From Thermoplasmata archaeon (GTDB taxonomy: Archaea > Thermoplasmatota > Thermoplasmata > Lutacidiplasmatales > UBA184): DNA of 35,380 nt. Position numbers and translations under genes: made by a program. The stretch covers positions 1 through 35,380 of the forward strand of contig JASHYB010000080.1 in the NCBI GenBank assembly GCA_030043255.1, in the 5' to 3' direction. The notes below the pieces were generated by a model. The model was not told where the DNA came from, ran no database searches, and worked only from the letters and a program-made list of their open reading frames with translations. Positions 27,243-35,380 of this stretch are shown piece after piece (position 1 is the stretch's first letter; every line of letters begins with the position of its first letter).

Positions 27243-28165
27243 GCGGGACGAGCTCCGGGGGCCCCGGGCCCCCACCACCGGTAGGGACCTCCACGGAGAG
27301 CGTGGACTCCCCGCTCCTGATCGTCCTAAGCGAGCCCGACCCGGTAGCTCGCGCGGTCGCGGGCCGCTGGGAGGGGGCGGCGGCGACCGGCGAACACGTG
27401 GACGGCGCGTCGGTCCGCTGGCTGGGCGCCGGGCGGCGGTACGTGCGACGTCCGACCCTCCATCTAGAGGACGACGCGCTCGAGCTCCGGCTGCCGGCCG
27501 GCCTCCGCGCCGAGCGTCCGACCCTGGTCTTCCCGTCGATCCACCGCAGCGCCAGCGGGCTGCGCTGCTTCACGGTCCACCCGCTGGGGAACCTCGGCCC
27601 CACGGCCGACGTCGGCGGCCGACCCCGCACGGTCAGCCCGTGTCCCCCGCGCGCGATGGCCGCGGCGCTGCGCGAGCTGATGCGGCGGGGCAGCGCGCTC
27701 GGGATTCCGGCGACGTACGAGGCGACCCACCACGGTCCCGAGCTCGGGCTGCCGGCGTTCTTCGTCGAGGTCGCGGTCGCCGAGGGAGCGCGTCCGACCG
27801 CCGAGGAGGTCGAGGAGCTCGCCGGGGCGATCGTCGCGCTGCAGCCCGAGCCCACCGACCGGGTCGCGCTGGCGGTCGGAGGGGGGCACTACGCCCCGCG
27901 CTTCACCGACCTGGCGAGGACCCGCCGCTGGGCGTTCGGACACATCCTGTCCAAGCACGCTCTGGAGGAGATCGACGCCGCCACGGTCCGCGCGGCGTTC
28001 GCGGCCACCGTCGGGGCCGAAGGGGTCCTCTACGCCCGGGCCTCCGACCGCGGTCACGCGGCGCTCGCGTCGATCGGACCGGACCTGAAGGAGGGGGACG
28101 CCCCTCGACGGGCGGCCGGACCGATCGAGGTTACCGGCTCGAGCCTTCCGGCTTCTGGAACATGA
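27239..28165 (+). CDS. dtdA: D-aminoacyl-tRNA deacylase, archaeal DTD2 type
   Basis: SIHRSASG..FTVHPLGN, YEATHHGP, FFVEV, GGGHYAPRF, FGHILSKH. Start GTG 27239 or GTG 27302. Confidence 0.93.
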   Translation: MSGTSSGGPGPPPPVGTSTESVDSPLLIVLSEPDPVARAVAGRWEGAAATGEHVDGASVRWLGAGRRYVRRPTLHLEDDALELRLPAGLRAERPTLVFPSIHRSASGLRCFTVHPLGNLGPTADVGGRPRTVSPCPPRAMAAALRELMRRGSALGIPATYEATHHGPELGLPAFFVEVAVAEGARPTAEEVEELAGAIVALQPEPTDRVALAVGGGHYAPRFTDLARTRRWAFGHILSKHALEEIDAATVRAAFAATVGAEGVLYARASDRGHAALASIGPDLKEGDAPRRAAGPIEVTGSSLPASGT

Positions 28166-28388
28166 TCGCCCCGGAACGGTAGACCGCCCGGCCCAGCTTC
28201 AGCGACTGGGTCGACGCCATCGACGGGGTGCGCTCGGCCAGCATCAGGCTCTCCACGATCTGGCGGAACAGGGCGCTCTGGTTGATCTCGGGGTGTCGGT
28301 CGAGGAACGCCGACTCTTCGGGCGTGATGGTGATGTTCTTGCGCAGCATTCCCGGGGGCGTCACGACAGGTCGGGCTCGCGCGGGCAT
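28131..28388 (-). CDS. Small ribbon-helix-helix-like DNA-binding protein
   Basis: MLRKNITITPEESAFLDRHPEINQSALFRQIVESLM fits the RHH pattern; TTTATA box at 28411-28416 on -. Start ATG 28388 or 28349. Overlaps the dtdA 3' end by 35 nt. Confidence 0.65.
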   Translation of the reverse strand: MPARARPVVTPPGMLRKNITITPEESAFLDRHPEINQSALFRQIVESLMLAERTPSMASTQSLKLGRAVYRSGAIMFQKPEGSSR

Positions 28389-28513
28389 GGCAGGGGGTAC
28401 GGGTTACCTGTATAAATGCGTATGAGTGCGCACGCTGCAGGGTCGGCGCTACGGCTCGACCCCCGGCTGGGCGACGGTGGGAGGGCGAGCTCGCCGGTCG
28501 CGCAAGCCGGAGC

Positions 28514-29815
28514 CTAGGCCGTCGCGGAGCTCCCTGGCCCGGAGGTCCCCGCCTTCAGGGGGCCCACCACGACGGCCACCGACCCGTCCTCGGCGAACGC
28601 CCGCCGGGCGGCGTCGCGCACCGCCTCCGGCCGCACCTCGCGCAGGGTCTGCGGCCAGCGACGCCAGTGGTCGGCCGCGAGCTGGTGGTAGCCGGCATCG
28701 ACGGCCAGCTCGTGGGCCTCCGCGGTCGACTCGAGAGAGAGGGGGATCTCGCCGATGGCGCTCTCCCGGACGGTGCGCAGTTCGGCCGGTCCGACCCGCT
28801 CGGCCCGCAGCCGACGGAGCTCGCCGTCGAGCATCGGCACGACCTTGCGCCAGCGGTCGGCCCCGGTCCCGGCGAGCGCGACCCAGTAGCCGCCCCAGCG
28901 CATCGCTTCGAGGTCGCTGGAGGCATGGTAGGCAAGCCCCCCGCGCTCGCGCACCCGCTGGAACAGGCGATTGAGCAGCGGGCGGCCTCCCAGCAGCTCG
29001 TTCGCGAGGAACGCCGCCGGGAACGCGGGGTCGCTCCGCGCGATCGAGGGGCCCCCGAGGCGTACCTCGACCTGCGAGCGTCCGGGCAGATCGATCGTGG
29101 CCCGGCCGCCGGGGGCCCGGGCGCGGGGAAGCTGCGGAGCGCCCGGGGCGCGCGAGCCGGGGAACGACCGGAAGAGCCGTCGGGCCTCGCGGCGCACCAC
29201 CTCGGCCCGGGCGGGGACGGTGACCACCAGCAGGCCGCCGTCGGCGGTGAAGTGCTCCTCGTGAAAGCGGACGAGGCGGCGGCGGGTCAGCGCGCGCAGG
29301 GAGGCGCGGGATCCGCTGCCGGTCTCCCGGTACGGGTGCTCGGCGGGGAAGATCCGGTGCAGGAGCTCACGCTCGGCCCGGTGGCCGGGCTGGGTCGCCT
29401 CCCGCAGCTGGTGCTCCGCCAGCTGGCGGAGGCCCCGACGCACGTCGTCCGGCTCGAACCGCGGCCGACGGACGACCCAGGAGAGGATCTCGAGCAGAGG
29501 CACCCACGACTCGGCCGGACCCCACACCGTCACCTCGGCGGATTCCGGCGCGGCCCGGCGGTTCAGGACCGCCCCCAGCCGGTCGAGGCGCCGGGCGAGT
29601 TCGACCCGGTCGTACGGACCGGCCGCGCTGGTGACCAGTTGGCTGACCAGGCGCGCGGTGCCTCCGGCCCCGGGGGGGTCGTACGCCCAGCCGGCGGGGC
29701 CGACGTACGTCGCCGAGAAGCTCCCGGCGCCGGGCGGGGGCGCCTGACGGACGAGGCGGAGGCCGTCGAGCGGTTCGAGATGCTCGACGAGCAGCGGGTC
29801 GCTCCGCTCAGCCAT
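28514..29815 (-). CDS. M16 family peptidase, non-catalytic subunit
   Basis: M16 fold motifs (GWAYDP..GTARLV, HPY, LANELLGG..NRLFQRVRERGGLAY) but no HxxEH; overlaps the upstream M16 gene by 8 nt. Confidence 0.9.
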   Translation of the reverse strand: MAERSDPLLVEHLEPLDGLRLVRQAPPPGAGSFSATYVGPAGWAYDPPGAGGTARLVSQLVTSAAGPYDRVELARRLDRLGAVLNRRAAPESAEVTVWGPAESWVPLLEILSWVVRRPRFEPDDVRRGLRQLAEHQLREATQPGHRAERELLHRIFPAEHPYRETGSGSRASLRALTRRRLVRFHEEHFTADGGLLVVTVPARAEVVRREARRLFRSFPGSRAPGAPQLPRARAPGGRATIDLPGRSQVEVRLGGPSIARSDPAFPAAFLANELLGGRPLLNRLFQRVRERGGLAYHASSDLEAMRWGGYWVALAGTGADRWRKVVPMLDGELRRLRAERVGPAELRTVRESAIGEIPLSLESTAEAHELAVDAGYHQLAADHWRRWPQTLREVRPEAVRDAARRAFAEDGSVAVVVGPLKAGTSGPGSSATA

Positions 29816-31127
29816 CGCTCACCTCCCCGGTCGGACGGTAGCGCACGACCAGTCGGCCCTCCTCGCGGAACAGCGCCCGGGCGCGCTCGCGGACCTCGCG
29901 CGGGGTGACCCGGAGCAGCGCGGAGAAGATCTCGTCCTCGAGCCCGAGCGAGCGCAGGACCGAGAAGTAGCCGAGTCGGAAGCCGGTCCGGGACGCTCCC
30001 TCGTAGGCGAGGAGGGCCGACCGGCGGATCTTGATCCGGCTCTCCGCGACCTCGCGGGGGGTCGGGCCCTCGCGGGCCAGACGCTCGAGCAGGCGCAGCA
30101 GCGCCTCCTCCAGCCGATCCAGGCGGACGCCGGGGGCGGCCTGCGCCTGGATGGTGAAGAGCCCGGGGTAGCGTCGCGGCCGCCAGTCGCAGGTCGCGTG
30201 GACGGCCAGCCCCGGGTCGACCAGGCCCCGGTACAGCCGGGAGCTCGGGTGCTCCCCGGAGCGCCCCATCCCCGAACCGCTGGAGAACAGGCGGGTCTCG
30301 CCGCCGAGGATCGTGTCGAGGACGATCGTCGCCGGGGTCTCCTCCTGCTGCAGGGCCGGGGAACGGAAGCCGACCTGCAGGTAGGGCGTCGTGCCCGGTC
30401 CGGACAGCTCGCTCCGGCGCTCTCCGCGTTGCGCCGGCTCGACCGCGGCGACCTCGATCGGCTCCCCGCCGGCCGGCAGGCGGCCGAAAGCGGACGAGAT
30501 GCGGCCCGCGACGTCGCCCGGGGCGAAGCCGCCGGCGACGACCAGGATCGCGTTGCGCGTGCCGTAGAACCGGTGGTAGTACTCCCGCAGCTGACCGGCC
30601 GACATCTGCGCGATGTCCTCCCGCCGCCCCAGCGCGTCCCAGCGGTACGGGTGCTCGCGGAAGGCGAGCTGGAACAGCTCCTCCTCGACCCGGAACTCCG
30701 GCCAGTTCTCGTTCCCCTCGCGCTCGGAGAAGATGACCGTCCGCTCGCGGGCGACCTCCGGGTCCGTGATCAGCGCCCGGGTCATCCGGTCCGCCTCGAT
30801 GTCGAGGGGGATGGCGAGGTGCTCGCGCGGGACGGTGGTGAAGTAGGCCGTGAAGTCGACGTCCGTGAAGGCGTTCAGCTCGCCGCCCACGCGCACGACG
30901 GCCCGGTCGATCTCCCCCTTGCCGTACTTCGGGGAGCCCTCGAAGAGCATGTGCTCGACCCAGTGCGAGGCGCCGGTGATCCCCGGGTGCTCGTTCACCG
31001 AGCCGACCCGGTACCAGACCCAGACGCTCGCCGTCGGGCTCTCCGGCCGCGGCGCGAGGACCACCCGCAGCCCGTTGCGGAGCGTGAACTCGCGGGTGGC
31101 CGGCCGCGGCACCCTGAGCGGAGGCAC
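29808..31127 (-). CDS. M16 family zinc peptidase, catalytic subunit
   Basis: LRNGLRVV, VWYRVGSVNEHPGITGASHWVEHMLFEGS (HxxEH), NAFT, ERTVIFSER, HPY; TTATAT box at 31151-31156 on -. Confidence 0.95.
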   Translation of the reverse strand: MPPLRVPRPATREFTLRNGLRVVLAPRPESPTASVWVWYRVGSVNEHPGITGASHWVEHMLFEGSPKYGKGEIDRAVVRVGGELNAFTDVDFTAYFTTVPREHLAIPLDIEADRMTRALITDPEVARERTVIFSEREGNENWPEFRVEEELFQLAFREHPYRWDALGRREDIAQMSAGQLREYYHRFYGTRNAILVVAGGFAPGDVAGRISSAFGRLPAGGEPIEVAAVEPAQRGERRSELSGPGTTPYLQVGFRSPALQQEETPATIVLDTILGGETRLFSSGSGMGRSGEHPSSRLYRGLVDPGLAVHATCDWRPRRYPGLFTIQAQAAPGVRLDRLEEALLRLLERLAREGPTPREVAESRIKIRRSALLAYEGASRTGFRLGYFSVLRSLGLEDEIFSALLRVTPREVRERARALFREEGRLVVRYRPTGEVSDG

Positions 31128-31267
31128 AGGACGGGCGGACGCGCGACGGGATATAACGGCCGGCGCGGCAGGGGAACCCGGACCAATCGCGCCCCGCTCG
31201 CCGGTCCGGCGGACGCCGGCGGCGCTGCGCCATAACCGTTATCGCCCGGCCGAGGGCACCCGAGGGC

Positions 31268-32116
31268 GTGCGGGCCGCGCTCCGACTGGTCCGGGCCGGC
31301 AACGTCGTCGTGTCGTTCGTCGGGACCGTGGTAGGCGGGGTGGCCGCTCGGGCGGTCGGCCTCGAGCTGGGCCGCGAGCTGTGGCTCCTGCTCGTCCTGG
31401 CGGCCGCTTCGACCGCCTGCGTGACGGCCGGCGGCAACGTCCTGAACGACGTGCTCGACGTAGAGGGGGACCGGCAGAACCACCCGGACCGACCGCTCGT
31501 CACCGGGGCGATCCGGGTCCGCAACGCTCGTGCGCTGGCGGTCGCCCTCTTCGCCGCGGGCGTGGCGGTCGCCGTGCCGGTCGCAATCGTGGCGCCGTGG
31601 GTCGGGGTCATCCTCGCCGTGGCGGTCGCCTCGCTGCTCGCCTACGAGCTCCGCTGGAAGGCGCGCGGGTTCGTGGGCAACCTCACCGTCGGAGGGCTCA
31701 CGGCGATGGTCTTCCTGTACGGGGGCGCGGCGGTCGGAGCGCCGCTCGTCGTCCTCCCGTTCGCGGCGATGGCGTTCCTGGCGACCGTCAGCCGCGAGGT
31801 GATCAAGGACATGGAGGACGTGGCCGGGGACACCGCGCGCTCGACCGTGCCGAAGGTCCGCGGAATGGGCGCGGCCGCGCGGCTGGCCCGCGGAGCGGTC
31901 GTGGCCGCGATCCTGCTCAGCGCCGTGCCGTACCTGTACTACCTCGACCCGCGCTCGGTCGCCGGGATCGCCTACGGGGCGGTCGTGGCCGCGGCGGACC
32001 TCGGCTTCGTCGTCTCGGTCCTCTGGCTGCCGCGACGGCTGCATCTCGAGCAGACGGTCAGCAAGGGGGCGATGACGGTGGCGCTCGCGGCGTTCCTGGC
32101 GGTGGCGTTCCGGTGA
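31268..32116 (+). CDS. UbiA-family prenyltransferase, digeranylgeranylglyceryl phosphate (DGGGP) synthase
   Basis: LRLVRAGN, GNVLNDVLDVEGDRQNHPDRPLVTG, KARGFVGN, REVIKDMEDVAGD; multiple TMs; coupled to GGGP synthase. Confidence 0.93.
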   Translation: MRAALRLVRAGNVVVSFVGTVVGGVAARAVGLELGRELWLLLVLAAASTACVTAGGNVLNDVLDVEGDRQNHPDRPLVTGAIRVRNARALAVALFAAGVAVAVPVAIVAPWVGVILAVAVASLLAYELRWKARGFVGNLTVGGLTAMVFLYGGAAVGAPLVVLPFAAMAFLATVSREVIKDMEDVAGDTARSTVPKVRGMGAAARLARGAVVAAILLSAVPYLYYLDPRSVAGIAYGAVVAAADLGFVVSVLWLPRRLHLEQTVSKGAMTVALAAFLAVAFR

Positions 32117-32880
32117 GGTTCGGGCCCCCGATCGGACCGGTCGAGCGCCGGCTGCTGGAGCGGCTGGAGGACGGCCCGGTCCACTTCACGCTCATCGACC
32201 CGGAGAAGTCGCCGGGCGCTCGGGCGGCCGACGTCGCCGAGGGCGCGGCGGCCGCCGGCAGCGACGCGATCCTGCTCGGGGGCTCGACCGGCATCACCCG
32301 GGAGCTGATGGGCGAGGCGGCGCGGGCGATCCGCGGTCGGGTCGGGATCCCGACGATCATCTTCCCGGAGGGGCCGGGCTCGCTCGCGCCGGAGGCGGAC
32401 GCCCTGCTGTTCATGAGCCTGCTCAACTCGCGCGACCTCGACCTGGTGGTCCGGGCCCACGCCCGCGCCGCACCGGTCGTCCGCCGCATGGGGCTGGAGG
32501 CGATCCCGATGGGCTACCTCGTCATCGCTCCGGGGATGCGGGTCGGCGAGGTCGGCCAGGTCGACCCGGTGCCGCGGGACGAACCGGCCACGGCGGCCGG
32601 CTACGCGCTGGCGGCCGAGATGCTCGGGATGCGCCTCGTCTACCTGGAGGCCGGCTCCGGCGCGCCGTCGCCCGTCCCGACGGAGACGGTCCGCGCGGTG
32701 CGCGAGGCGCTGGCCGTGCCGCTGATCGTCGGCGGGGGGATCCGGTCCGGCGCGGACGCCCGGCCCCTCCTGGAGGCCGGGGCCAACATCCTCGTCACCG
32801 GGACGATCGCGGAAGAGGACGGGCTCGGCGAGCGGTACCGCTCGGTGGTCCGGGAGGTCGTGCACGCCCGACGCCGATAG
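32113..32880 (+). CDS. Geranylgeranylglyceryl phosphate (GGGP) synthase, PcrB family
   Basis: C-terminal 255 aa of the 30850..32880 ORF: HFTLIDPEK, ILLGGSTG, IIFP, LFMSLLNSR, PMGYLVI, YLEAGSGA, LIVGGGIR, VTGT; GTGA overlap with the DGGGPS stop. Confidence 0.95.
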   Translation: MRFGPPIGPVERRLLERLEDGPVHFTLIDPEKSPGARAADVAEGAAAAGSDAILLGGSTGITRELMGEAARAIRGRVGIPTIIFPEGPGSLAPEADALLFMSLLNSRDLDLVVRAHARAAPVVRRMGLEAIPMGYLVIAPGMRVGEVGQVDPVPRDEPATAAGYALAAEMLGMRLVYLEAGSGAPSPVPTETVRAVREALAVPLIVGGGIRSGADARPLLEAGANILVTGTIAEEDGLGERYRSVVREVVHARRR

Positions 32881-34681
32881 CGAGCCGAACGGCGGCCCCG
32901 AGGCCCGGCCGCGCCGGCGCTCCAGCGTGCTGTTCCAGGCCCCGCCGCTGCCGCTGGCCGCGGTACTGATCGTCGCCGTCTCCCTCGCGCTCGGGGTGCT
33001 CGTCTGGCCGCCGCCCGGCCGCTCGTGGCTGGTCGGCTGGCTGCTGGCCTTCCTGCTGCCCGCGCTGGTCGCGGCCGGCCTCACGACGCCGCTCGCGCGG
33101 GCGCTGGGCGGGCGGTTCGAGCTGCACCGCGGCTTCTTCCTCGCCTTCACCGCGGCGCTGCTCGAGCTGCCGCTCGCCGCCGCCTGGCGGGGGGCGCTCG
33201 CGTTCTGGCCGGCGGTCGTGCCCGGCGTGCTGTTCCTGGTCCCGTTCCTCGCCGCCCCGGTCTTCTGGTTCCGCCAGCTCGCGCTGTACGGCGTCTCCCG
33301 ACCCAGCCACCTGCGCATCCTGCCGGCCGCCCTGATCCAGCCGGTGCTGCAGATGGTCGGCTTCTACCTGCTGGTGCCGGCGAGCGCCGCCTCCCTGGCG
33401 AGCCTCGTCATCGACCTCCTGGTGGCGTTCGTCTGCGTCGTGGTCGTGCTCCACGCCGCCGACCGTCCGATCCGCCGGGAGTTCCACAGCTCCGGGGTGT
33501 CGCTCATCCGACCCCTGCTCGACCACGTCGGGGACCGCAACGAGGAGGCGACGCGCGCGCTGGAGGCGTTCTTCCTCCGCTCGACCGTCGAGGCCGACCT
33601 GCGGGTCGACCTGCTGCGCTTCGAGCGCGACGGCCGTCCCCCGGCGACCGTCGTGCTGCCGACGGTGCACCCCGGACCGTTCGCGGCCCTGGGGGCGAGC
33701 GACCTGCCCCGCAAGCTCGAGGGGTTCCTCGGCCCGGACGCGGGCACGGTCTTCGTCCCGCACACCCCCAGCGACCACGACCTCGACCTGCCCAGCGGCG
33801 CCGAGGTGGCCCGCATCGGCACCGCCGCCCGTGAGCTGCTGGACGGGCTGGCGCCGCCGGGGGAGGCCCGGGCCGGGCCGCTGGTCGCCCCCTACCCCGG
33901 GAGCCTCGCCCGGGCCCAGCTGCTGGGGAACGTCGCGCTGGTGGTGGTCAGCCGGGCCCCGGCGCCGACCGACGACATCGCCTACGCCGTCGCCGACCGC
34001 CTGCTGCGCGACCTGGCGCGCGACGGCCAGCTCCGACCGGTCGCGATCGACGCGCACAACTCGTACGTCGAAGGCGAGGGGGACATCTCCTACGGGAGCC
34101 CGACCGCCGAGAAGCTGGTCGCGGACGCGCGGGCGGCGGTGGAGGCCGCCACCCGCGCGGCGCGCGACGGCGCCCCGGAGATCGGCGTGGCGAGCCGGAC
34201 CGGCTACTCGATCGGCCAGGACGGGATCGGTCCCCACGGGCTGCGGGCGCTCGCGGTGCGCGCCGGCGGGTTGACCACCGGCTACCTGCTGATCGACGGC
34301 AACAACCTGGTCGTGGGCGCACGGGCGACCATCCTGCGGGAGCTCGAGCAGGTCGTGGACGTCGCCGAGGTCCTGACGACGGACAACCACGTCGTGCACG
34401 AGGTCGACGGAGGGATCAACCCGGTCGGGGAACGCTACCCGGCCGAACGGCTGGCGCGGGACGGCCGGGCGCTGCTGGAGGCGGCCAAGGGGGACCTGGC
34501 GCCGGCACGGGTACGGTTCGGGAGCCAGCCGGTCCCCGGCGTGAAGGTCCTCGGCCCGGGCTACACCGCACGGCTTTTGACCTCCCTCGGCGACACGCTC
34601 TCGATGTTCACGAACATGTTCCCGGCCTCGCTGGTCCTCCTCCTCTCCAGCGCGCTGGTGGTCGCGCTGCTCCTCCGCTAG
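32864..34681 (+). CDS. DUF2070 family membrane protein (predicted neutral-ceramidase-like hydrolase)
   Basis: N-terminal multi-TM region, then VHPGPF..LGASDLP, PHTPSDHDLD, IDAHNS, IDGNN, TTDNH and a C-terminal TM. First canonical start is GTG 32927; ACG 32864 behind GGAGGT is proposed. Confidence 0.88.
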   Translation, partial: TPDADSEPNGGPEARPRRRSSVLFQAPPLPLAAVLIVAVSLALGVLVWPPPGRSWLVGWLLAFLLPALVAAGLTTPLARALGGRFELHRGFFLAFTAALLELPLAAAWRGALAFWPAVVPGVLFLVPFLAAPVFWFRQLALYGVSRPSHLRILPAALIQPVLQMVGFYLLVPASAASLASLVIDLLVAFVCVVVVLHAADRPIRREFHSSGVSLIRPLLDHVGDRNEEATRALEAFFLRSTVEADLRVDLLRFERDGRPPATVVLPTVHPGPFAALGASDLPRKLEGFLGPDAGTVFVPHTPSDHDLDLPSGAEVARIGTAARELLDGLAPPGEARAGPLVAPYPGSLARAQLLGNVALVVVSRAPAPTDDIAYAVADRLLRDLARDGQLRPVAIDAHNSYVEGEGDISYGSPTAEKLVADARAAVEAATRAARDGAPEIGVASRTGYSIGQDGIGPHGLRALAVRAGGLTTGYLLIDGNNLVVGARATILRELEQVVDVAEVLTTDNHVVHEVDGGINPVGERYPAERLARDGRALLEAAKGDLAPARVRFGSQPVPGVKVLGPGYTARLLTSLGDTLSMFTNMFPASLVLLLSSALVVALLLR

Positions 34682-34697
34682 GCCGTCCCGGACCGCC

Positions 34698-35380
34698 ATG
34701 GCGCAGGACCCGATCGCCTCGGCGGCCGAGCGGCTGGGGGACGACGCGGCGCTCCGACTGCTGCAGGAGCTGGTCGCGATCGCGCCGACCAACCTCGAGG
34801 ACCTCGCCGCGGGGCGCTACGAAAAGCCGAACTACCTGCGGGCGGCGGACGCGATCGCACGCTGGGCCCGCACCTTCGGGCTCGCCACGCGGCGCTACGA
34901 CCCCCTGATCGACAGCGGCTCGGCCAAGCTCCGCGGGCTGCCCCGTCCCAACGTCATCGTCGACCTGGACCGGGACGCGAAGGAGACGGTGCTGGTGCTC
35001 GCCCACTTCGACGTCGTGCCGGTGCCGGTGGAGCAGCGGGCCCGCTGGAAGAGCCCCCCGCACACGCTGACGCTCCGGCCGGACGGTCGGCTCTACGGGC
35101 GGGGCGCGGCGGACGACCTCGGGAGCGGGATCACCGCGACGCTCCTCGCCATGCGCCGCCTGGCGGAGGCAGACCGGCTTCCGCGCAACGTCCGCCTGCT
35201 CGCCTGCTGCGACGAGGAAACCGGCGGAGAAGGGGGCATCGAGGCGCTCCGCGAGCACGACGACCGGTTGTCGCCGGACGACCCCGGACGCATCGTGCGG
35301 GGGAGCGTGGCGCTGATCCCGGACGGCAGTCCCCACACGACCGTCGGCTCGAGCGGCCTCGGGTTCCTGGAGGCCAGTCG
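34698..35380 (+). CDS. M20 family metallo-amidohydrolase (DapE/ArgE-like), runs off the window
   Basis: Absent from the ORF track. Manual translation: MAQDPIASAAERL..PNVIVDLD..LAHFDVVP..DGRLYGRGAADDLGSG..CDEETGG..IPDG. Confidence 0.92.
   Translation, partial: MAQDPIASAAERLGDDAALRLLQELVAIAPTNLEDLAAGRYEKPNYLRAADAIARWARTFGLATRRYDPLIDSGSAKLRGLPRPNVIVDLDRDAKETVLVLAHFDVVPVPVEQRARWKSPPHTLTLRPDGRLYGRGAADDLGSGITATLLAMRRLAEADRLPRNVRLLACCDEETGGEGGIEALREHDDRLSPDDPGRIVRGSVALIPDGSPHTTVGSSGLGFLEAS

Noticed and set aside
30850..32112. Apparent 420-aa N-terminal extension of GGGP synthase
   Set aside because: It overlaps the M16 and DGGGPS genes in other frames; the real start is GTG 32113.

Overview
A very GC-rich archaeal chromosomal window. 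Gene content (aIF5A, GGGP and DGGGP synthases, DTD2, DUF835, DUF2070, thermopsin-type FTETGLP repeats) and TATA-like boxes point to Thermoplasmata; this placement is inference. Left to right: a partial SelO/YdiU-like kinase-fold gene; a degenerate IS630 transposase ORF without visible ends; two membrane proteins; a 1708-aa pseudo-isoleucyl-tRNA synthetase fused to HhH, polyproline, DUF835 and an acidic tail, head-to-head with aIF5A; a ~1500-aa helical-repeat protein; tRNA-Glu(CTC) with a 29-nt intron in the T-loop (59/60); an atypical Opp/Dpp ABC transporter; a 14-blade YVTN propeller; a sequon-rich surface protein; dtdA; an RHH protein; an M16B peptidase pair; and a DGGGPS-GGGPS-DUF2070-M20 cluster. 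Best leads: (1) the catalytically dead IleRS-DUF835 fusion as a possible tRNA-sensing signalling protein tied to aIF5A; (2) the non-canonical tRNA intron; (3) two genes that appear to start at ACG behind SD-like motifs. All family calls come from motif recognition by eye, with no database search. Most long ORFs in the supplied track are GC shadow frames.
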